Below, in pieces: positions 51,609-64,000 of a stretch of DNA of 64,000 nt (position 1 is the stretch's first letter; the number at the start of each line of letters is the position of its first letter). Source of the DNA: the human T2T-CHM13v2.0 reference genome, Homo sapiens; assembly GCF_009914755.1 (NCBI RefSeq), contig NC_060935.1. One strand, 5' to 3'. The notes under the pieces are model-generated. The model was not told the DNA's origin. It saw only the letters and a list, made by a program, of their open reading frames with translations, and did not search any database. The translations under genes were made by a program, and so were the position numbers.

Positions 51609-54040
51609 CTGGAGAAAGGGTTGGAAGGAAAGAGAAAATTAATCTGGACCATGAGAACTTTGGTCTGATGGGCCACGTTGCTCTCAGCTCTGCTGGGAAG
51701 CTCTTGAGTAGAGGAGGGAGCACAGTCCTGCGCAGCAACAGACATGGGTTTGAATCCTGGCTCTGTCATTTGTCAGCTCTGTGAAGTTTCCTCACCTGTA
51801 AAATGGGGACAATAATGCCAATTGCACAGGGTTGTTGTGAGGATGAAGATGATCCCTATGTTGAGAAATCAGTAGCTGTGACCAAAGAGGATCTGCATGT
51901 TTTCTAATGTGATTCTTCTAATGAGGACACGTTTTAAAAGGCAGATCCTTCTTGACTCCCTGCTGAAAGGAGACCCACCAAGTGAGCCCAGAAAATAAAC
52001 TGACCCATCTCTTCCACACCAGACACTGCGGAGACCAAAGCTCAGGGAGGTGAAGGGATTTACCCTGGATCTCGTGGCTGGTGAGTGACGGAGTCTGGAC
52101 TTGACTCTCACACATACAACGTGCCCCCAAACACTCAGTGGCCCTCTGAGCAATTCGTGGCCTTCTGGGGGCTCTGAACTTCCCAGCCCCTGTCGGGTGT
52201 CTCCTGCTTGCCACTACAATCAGGGCTTCTTGATTGCCACAGTCAGTACCCAAGACATATTCTTCCCAGAGGTGCTGGGAGGCAGTGAGTGTTTGTCACT
52301 GGGATGGCTTTTCTGCCTGTGGGCCGAATGGGGACACAGTCCTGGCTTTGAGGCACTTTGCTCCTGCCTTCAGGATTGGGAGTGCCTTGTATAAACTCCA
52401 CCTGGACTGCTAGGCCAGCACACAGTTCAATTTCCTTTCAGAGTCAGAAAGACAGGGCTCCTACAGACGTAGTGGTAGGTTAGGGTTTTTATATTTTAAT
52501 AAAGAAATATACTTCAGGGGCCTGTTTCTGTATTTGGATCTGCCCTGTAGGCATTGGTGGCCCCTGAAATATTGCCAGGTATTCTGGAACTAAAATACTG
52601 GTTTCCGCTAATTGGTGTCTGGCCTTATGGGACATTTGGGCACATTTTCTGTCTCTTCCACTAGTCATTGCTTAAGGTTGACAAGTAATACAGAAGACCC
52701 AAGAGGAAAGCAGATAATTAGGTCACGTGATGCAAAATGGCATGTGTGGACCGAGGCAATGAAAGGCCCTCTGGATCCCTGCGTGGTTAAAAAAAAATGG
52801 GTGCAGGTCTAGGAATGAAGGCCAGGATTCTAGCTGCAACTTTGTGACCAACTTTTCTATCAACCTTGGGCAAGTGCCTTCCCCTATCCGAGTCTCAGTT
52901 TCTTACTCTGTATAACAAGAGTTGTTGTGAAGGTTGAAGAAACTTAGTAAATCAGTGGAGTGCTAGGCACATAGAAGGTACTGAATAGATGGTTGGAATT
53001 ATTTCCATTAAATGACAGCAAACGATCGTGGTCATATCCCAGGAAGGAGAGATGTGTGTGTTTCCTCCTTCTCCCACACAAATTCTAAGGCCTTGAAAAT
53101 AACGATTTATAATGACGATGCTGACTTTAGCTGTGAATGACCTGGTTATAATAAGGTTACCTTCTCTGGGGTAATCAAACACAATTGCAGATGCAAAAAC
53201 AGTGTGGCAGATGATTCCCATGAAAAATCAGAGGCATTGGAGGCTGAAGCTGTGTTATTTGCAGACAGGGCACAGGAAGATACAGGGGCTGTGCCACCAA
53301 CAATGACAGAGGCCTTTTTAAAGTATCTTTTGGAAGGTCCCGCTGTGACTCCCCTCAGGGTGGTGCCACCCAGCCAGCTGCCCCCCTTTCTCCCTGGAGG
53401 ATCTCTAGTGAAGGGGAGCTGTACCTTTTTGGCAAAATTAATAAAATTAAACAGCTCACTGGGGAGCCGCCTAATGCGTCCTGTGCTCGGCAGTGGCGGC
53501 AATGAGATTATTTCACCTCTTTATTAAAAAAGTTCCCAGTTGTATAAAAAATGAACTCCATTATGGGGAGGCACACCCGGCTAACATTCTAATTCCACCT
53601 GCCACCACTGTGGGTGGCCATTTATTTGGGAGGACATGTAGACGTGGCCACCCGTCCCAATCTCAGGTTGGGAGAGGGACCAATTAAAGCCTGGGAAACT
53701 TTTGGTCCAGTTCACACAGCAGAGAGGAAATCCTAATCATGCTAATCGCTGCCATTTATTGAGCACCTGGAGTCTACCTGTGCTGGGCTAGGTGCGTTGA
53801 TTGTATCATCTTGTTTCTGCAGAGGCACCTGAGGCTCAGAGGAGCTGCTCAAGGCTCCACATGGCACAGGCAGGAATCAAACCCAGGTCAAACTTCCCAT
53901 TGAGGACACTGCCTCAGAGGCACATGCAGGAGTCTGCGAATTCAGACGGGGGAGCTCAGTGAGGCCACAGAGAACAAAGACAGCTAGGCCTTCCTCGGGG
54001 AGCTAGTGCAAGGCTGTTTCCCACAGTAGATAGTCACTAG

Positions 54041-54445
<405 letters not shown>

Positions 54446-55430
54446 TATTTTCTAGTCTTTACCACCACCTCGCTATGAGACTCTGGAAAAATCGTTTACC
54501 CTCTCTGGATCTCGATTGTCTCATGTGTAAAAGAGGGGCTTCAGTGAACTTTCTTTGCTGAAGGGCAGGGGACTTAAGAGAGTCTGAGCTGTGTTGCTAT
54601 GAGGATGCTTCTGGAATGTTAGGAACATGTAGCTCAGTTCTGTAGTTTGTTTCATCTCAGCAGGTATCTCCTGAGCACCCATGGTGTGCAAGGTGCTGTG
54701 CTGAAAGCCATGGCTAGTTCATTAACTTTCCCTCTGTTCATCACCTGCCTTTCTCAAGGTGGAGGAAAAAGAAGCTGGGCACTCAGGCCCTGGCAGAGGC
54801 TGTACTCTACAGAAACACAGGATGTGAGGCAGACAAGGAGCTGGCTCAGGGCATCCACATATTCAAAAGCACTCTGAATGTCAGACCATGATGCCAGCCC
54901 CAGCAGTGATGGCTCGGGTGAGGTCATTTTGGAGAATGTAGCTTAGGTTCTAAGTAGCTGAGCTGAATTTTGGGACATGCTAGCAATAGTAATAGCAATA
55001 ATGGTAATAAATCATAACAATAACAATAAGAGTAGCTATTATTGACCACTTGCTATGAGCCAGACTCTAAGATGCTTAATATATTACTTCTAATCCTTGT
55101 AGCAACTTGTAAAATTGGCCTTGTCCTTCCCATTTTATAGATGATGAAATTGAGGCTCTAAGATTACTGATCTGTCCAAGCTCACTCAGGGAATAATATA
55201 AGCTGGAAATTCAACTCAGACCTGTCTAACACCAAAGCCAGTAGTCTTTCCACAAGTAAAAACTAAAAAGACACACAAGGGTCTCTGATCACACATGGTT
55301 CCCTGATTTAGTTCTCCCCTTTTGCAGATGAGTGAACTGAGGTCCCAGGGAATTTCAAGAACAGAGCCCCGTTCTCCCGTTCCCCATTCTTTCCCCCCAG
55401 GACGCAGCCACCTCCAGAGGCCTCGCTCAC

Positions 55431-55666
55431 CCGCAGCCGGCGCCCAAAGACAGTGACCTGGCCCCGAGCCTGCTCTTTGCGCTGGCGCCACTCCACCAGG
55501 TTGAGGCCGTTGTCGATGGGCAGCGTGACATTCCTCTTGCCCACGGTGGGGTTGACGGTGCCAGCCAGCAAGTGGGGCTCAGTCTGCAGCGCCACCTCCA
55601 TGCCGTTGGCCAGCAGCAGCCGCAAGGAGCCATCGGCCCCGATGTAGTAGCTGTTCCGGACTTGGT
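55431..55666 (-). CDS. TENM4: Teneurin-4 exon (236 nt); upstream exons lie beyond the window
   Basis: CTGCAG|AC acceptor and CGG|GTGAG donor. [31 protein letters not shown]. Confidence 0.96.
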
Positions 55667-56129
55667 CTGCAGGAGAGGACAAGCACAGACTGCTCAGAAG
55701 GAACGAAGGTGGAGGGAGGTGTGAGGACAGCAGAGGCGGTGGAGGGGACTTTAAAGGATGCTTTTCCTAACTATGAAAGCAATACATCATCACTGAAGAA
55801 AGCGAGGAAAATACATGGAGAAGACCATCCAGATTCTCCATATCCAAAGAAAACCATTGTAAATATTTTGTATGTTTGTAGATTTTAGGATATTTCCAAA
55901 TGCCCTTACATTACAGTTTAAAATAGGTAAGAGTTTTAAAACAGTTATACAGTTTTTCACTGATCATTGTATTATATCATGTTACTGAATATTTTTCATA
56001 AACATTTTTCTTAATGACCATACAATATTCCACTGTATGAAAATACTTTAAGTTATTTAACCAAGCCTCAAATAGATACTCAGTTTGATTCCAGTTTTTC
56101 AGAATTATAAGTACCACTGTATATATTTA

Positions 56130-56432
56130 GTTTAAACATTATTCTAAGTGAAAAAGAAGTCACATGTAAAAGGCTACATATTGTCTGACTCCACTTATAT
56201 GAAATGTCCAGAATAGGCAAGAATCTCTAGAGACGGTGGTTGCCAAAGGCTGAGGGGCAGGAGGGAACGTGGAGCAGCTGCGAATGGGTATGGGATTTCT
56301 CTTTGCGGTGATAAACATGTTCCAGAATCGGATCATAGTGATGATTGCACAGCTTTATAAATATACTAAAAGCCACACAATTGTATGTTTTTAAAGAGTA
56401 AATCTTATGCTATGTGAATTATACCTCAAAAA
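56130..56432 (+). mobile_element. Old L1 (L1MB/L1ME-type) 3'-end fragment
   Basis: CATTATTCTAAGTGAAA..TATATGAAATGTCCAGAATAGGCAA..TGTGAATTATACCTCAA. Confidence 0.8.
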
Positions 56433-56528
56433 TACTTTTTAGATAAATCAATATCCAATATCTTCATTTTAGATTTTCAAATCAAAATAGATTCCTAAAA
56501 GTAGGATTACTAGAGAAAAGGGTTGAAC

Positions 56529-56835
56529 TTTTTTTTTTTTTTTTTTGGAGACAGGGTCTTGTTCTGTTGCCCAGGCTGTAGTGCAGTAGTACAATGTGAT
56601 CATAGCTCACTGTAACCTCATACTCCTCGGCCCAAGCAATCCTCCAACCTCAGCCTCCCAAGTAGCTAGGACTATAGGCATGCATCACCACACCCGGCTA
56701 ATTTTTGAAATATTTTGTAGAGACCAGGTTTCAATATTTGACCAGGCAGGTCTTGAACTCCTGGGCTCAAGCAATCCTTCCACCTTAGCCTCCAAAAGCA
56801 ATGGGATTACAAGTGTGAGCCACCATACCTGGCAG
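56529..56835 (-). mobile_element. Alu (AluJ-type)
   Basis: Diverged dimer with TSD GGTTGAAC. Confidence 0.9.
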
Positions 56836-57271
56836 GTTGAACATTTTTAAGGCTCTTGATACACTCTAAGGTAACAATGTTTTTTATAACAAGGTGAAAA
56901 ATAACTTTGACACTTAAACCACTGACAGAATGACAAAAAAAAAATACATAAATATAAACATATTTTAAATCATTGTCACAGGCATATGACAATGATTTAA
57001 ATATACATATGATTTGAAATTTTAAATTTGATTTAAAACATTTTAACTTAGATTCTTTTTTTTTTTATTATACTCTAAGTTTTAGGGTACATGTGCACAT
57101 TGTGCAGGTTAGTTACATATGTATACATGTGCCATGCTGGTGCGCTGCACCCACTAATGTGTCATCTAGCATTAGGTATATCTCCCAATGCTATCCCTCC
57201 CCCCTCCCCCGACCCCACCACAGTCCCCAGAGTGTGATATTCCCCTTCCTGTGTCCATGTGATCTCATTGT

Positions 57272-61087
<3,816 letters not shown>

Positions 61088-61150
61088 TATGATGTTAGCT
61101 GGCGATTTTGCTCGTTAGTTGATGCAGTTTCTTCCTAGTCTCGATGGTCT

Positions 61151-62167
61151 TTACATTTTGGCATGATTTTGCAGCGGCTGGTACCGGTTGTTCCTTTCCA
61201 TGTTTAGCGCTTCCTTCAGGAGCTCTTTTAGGGCAGGCCTGGTGGTGACAAAATCTCTCAGCATTTGCTTGTCTATAAAGTATTTTATTTCTCCTTCACT
61301 TATGAAGCTTAGTTTGGCTGGATATGAAATTCTGGGTTGAAAATTCTTTTCTTTAAGAATGTTGAATATTGGCCCCCACTCTCTTCTGGCTTGTAGGGTT
61401 TCTGCCGAGAGATCCGCTGTTAGTCTGATGGGCTTTCCTTTGAGGGTAACCCGACCTTTCTCTCTGGCTGCCCTTAACATTTTTTCCTTCATTTCAACTT
61501 TGGTGAATCTGACAATTATGTGTCTTGGAGCTGCTCTTCTCGAGGAGTATCTTTGTGGCGTTCTCTGTATTTCCTGAATCTGAACGTTGGCCTGCCTTGC
61601 TAGATTGGGGAAGTTCTCCTGGATAATATCCTGCAGAGTGTTTTCCAACTTGGTTCCATTCTCCACATCACTTTCAGGTACACCAATCAGACGTAGATTT
61701 GGTCTTTTCACATAGTCCCATATTTCTTGGAGGCTTTGCTCATTTCTTTTTATTCTTTTTTCTCTAAACTTCCCTTCTCGCTTCATTTCATTCATTTCAT
61801 CTTCCATTGCTGATACCCTTTCTTCCAGTTGATCGCATCGGCTCCTGAGGCTTCTGCATTCTTCACGTAGTTCTCGAGCCTTGGTTTTCAGCTCCATCAG
61901 CTCCTTTAAGCACTTCTCTGTATTGGTTATTCTAGTTATACATTCTTCTAAATTTTTTTCAAAGTTTTCAACTTCTTTGCCTTTGGTTTGAATGTCCTCC
62001 CGTAGCTCAGAGTAATTTGATCGTCTGAAGCCTTCTTCTCTCAGCTCGTCAAAATCATTCTCCATCCAGCTTTGTTCTGTTGCTGGTGAGGAACTGCGTT
62101 CCTTTGGAGGAGGAGAGGCGCTCTGCGTTTTAGAGTTTCCAGTTTTTCTGTTCTGTTTTTTCCCCAT
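61151..62167 (-). CDS. L1 ORF1p, intact 338 aa
   Basis: MGKKQNRKTGNSK..ARR(REWG)..YPAKLS..QNHAKM. Confidence 0.97.
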   Translation of the reverse strand: MGKKQNRKTGNSKTQSASPPPKERSSSPATEQSWMENDFDELREEGFRRSNYSELREDIQTKGKEVENFEKNLEECITRITNTEKCLKELMELKTKARELREECRSLRSRCDQLEERVSAMEDEMNEMKREGKFREKRIKRNEQSLQEIWDYVKRPNLRLIGVPESDVENGTKLENTLQDIIQENFPNLARQANVQIQEIQRTPQRYSSRRAAPRHIIVRFTKVEMKEKMLRAAREKGRVTLKGKPIRLTADLSAETLQARREWGPIFNILKEKNFQPRISYPAKLSFISEGEIKYFIDKQMLRDFVTTRPALKELLKEALNMERNNRYQPLQNHAKM

Positions 62168-63071
62168 CTTTGTGGTTTTATCTACTTTTGGTCTTTGATG
62201 ATGGTGATGTACAGATGGGTTTTCGGTGTAGATGTCCTTTCTGGTTGTTAGTTTTCCTTCTAACAGACAGGACCCTCAGCTGCAGGTCTGTTGGAATACC
62301 CTGCCGTGTGAGGTGTCAGTGTGCCCCTGCTGGGGGGTGCCTCCCAGTTAGGCTGCTCGGGGGTCAGGGGTCAGGGACCCACTTGAGGAGGCAGTCTGCC
62401 CGTTCTCAGATCTCCAGCTGCGTGCTGGGAGAACCACTGCTCTCTTCAAAGCTGTCAGACAGGGACACTTAAGTCTGCAGAGGTTACTGCTGTCTTTTTG
62501 TTTGTCTGTGCCCTGCCCCCAGAGGTGGAGCCTACAGAGGCAGGCAGGCCTCCTTGAGCTGTGGTGGGCTCCACCCAGTTCGAGCTTCCCGGCTGCTTTG
62601 TTTACCTAAGCAAGCCTGGGCTATGGCGGGCGCCCCTCCCCCAGCCTCGTTGCCGCCTTGCAGTTTGATCTCAGACTGCTGTGCTAGCAATCAGCGAGAT
62701 TCCGTGGGCGTAGGACCCTCTGAGCCAGGTGTGGGATATAGTCTCGTGGTGCGCCGTTTCTTAAGCCGGTCTGAAAAGCGCAATATTCGGGTGGGAGTGA
62801 CCCGATTTTCCAGGTGCGTCCGTCACCCCTTTCTTTGACTTGGAAAGGGAACTCCCTGACCCCTTGCGCTTCCCAGGTGAGGCAATGCCTCGCCCTGCTT
62901 CGGCTCGCGCACGGTGCGCGCACACACTGGCCTGCGCCCACTGTCTGGCACTCCCTAGTGAGATGAACCCAGTACCTCAGATGGAAATGCAGAAATCACC
63001 CGTCTTCTGCGTCGCTCACGCTGGGAGCTGTAGACCGGAGCTGTTCCTATTCGGCCATCTTGGCTCCTCCC
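62168..63071 (-). promoter_or_regulatory. L1HS 5' UTR CpG-rich sense and antisense promoter
   Basis: CpG-dense. YY1 motif CAAGATGGCCG intact at 63052-63062. Confidence 0.9.
62623..62838 (+). CDS. L1 ORF0 (antisense, 71 aa), intact
   Basis: ATG at 62623; MAGAPPPASLPPCSLISDCC..RCVRHPFL*. Confidence 0.88.
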   Translation: MAGAPPPASLPPCSLISDCCASNQRDSVGVGPSEPGVGYSLVVRRFLSRSEKRNIRVGVTRFSRCVRHPFL

Positions 63072-63782
63072 TAGATTCTTAACTAAATGAAACTTACGGT
63101 GAAAAAAGCAAATTTCAGCTGTAAAATACACATAGAGTTTCTTTCTATAGATGAAAATACTATCTCTGGATTTGTGCTGCACTCTCCTGTCTCTGGCCCT
63201 TCCTTGGCTGTTTCCTCTGCACTGCCCCCGTCTTCAGTAAGTGCTGGCTTAAGACTCCCTCCAGGCTCTGCTAAAATGTCATCTCTTTCCAGAAGCTTCC
63301 CCTGTTCCACTGGCCAGAATGTATGACTCCCTGTCCTGTACACCCCTCAGCCTTTCTATGGGCCTCCTCAGTGGTCTTGCAGCTGAGGGGTGTGGGAGTC
63401 ACTGCTCCGTTAATGAACAAATTCTCCAATAGTTGAGTGCGTGCTGTGAGAGGCACTATGGCACAGAGATTAGGAGCTTGGCTTTGGAGCCAGGCTACTT
63501 CGGCTCAGGTTCCAGCTCTGTGGCTGCCTTGCTGTAAGACCTTGGCCAAATTCTTAACCTTCCATGCCTCTGGTACTTCATCAGTACACTAGGACAATAA
63601 TTGTACCCTGCTTTGCAGGATGCTCTGAGGATTGAGTGAGATCATGAATATGAAGAGCTGAGAACTGTACTTGGCATATAGTGTTATGTAAATGTTAGCT
63701 GTCACTGGTTTTATGTGCCTGGCACTGTGCTAGTCACTGTCATGTGTGTCTCTTGTCTCTCCTCTATCTCCACCATCCCATT

Positions 63783-63829
63783 TCTCTCTCTCTCACAAAC
63801 ACACATACACACAGACACACACACACACA
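63783..63829. repeat. Compound (CT)n(CA)n microsatellite
   Basis: TCTCTCTCTCTCACAAACACACATACACACAGACACACACACACACA. Confidence 0.85.
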
Positions 63830-64000
63830 TCATGGTGAACTTCTCTAGTGCTGACCATGGTCCTGGAATAGGGCCCCTTGTCTTTAGATTGGCAGTTAAG
63901 AGAATAGGTTCTATAGAGCCTGTTTGCCTGGGTCCAAACACCCAATTAGGTGTGTGACTGGGGCAAGCTACCTAACCTCCGAGTGCTTCTCACTGCCTTC

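Overview
This is human genomic DNA, not a prokaryotic locus. It holds the last five coding exons and the ~5-kb 3' UTR of teneurin-4 (TENM4) on the minus strand (32.1-55.7 kb); from established knowledge TENM4 lies at 11q14.1. The five exons splice in frame (236+297+1615+143+759 nt). They encode the YD/RHS shell, the RHS-core-like motif and the Tox-GHH/TCAP-4 C-terminus. Positions 1-24 kb are a nested retroelement cluster: a HERV-L with its MLT2A LTR, two old 5'-intact L1s lying head-to-head, an older L1, a solo LTR12C, many Alus and a human-specific AluYb8. Positions 57-63 kb carry a full-length L1HS Ta-1nd in sense orientation inside a TENM4 intron. Its ORF1 and ORF0 are intact, but ORF2 has a single nonsense codon. 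I cannot show a wholly new biological system from sequence alone. The best leads are: (i) a GC-AG intron with a competing GT donor 4 nt away and a strand-asymmetric hairpin; (ii) a possible L1-promoter-driven truncated TENM4 isoform encoding only the toxin-like C-terminal ~994 aa; (iii) a perfect hairpin next to the L1 insertion site. Repeat subfamily calls come from my recall of consensus sequences. Boundaries without a visible target-site duplication (TSD) are approximate.
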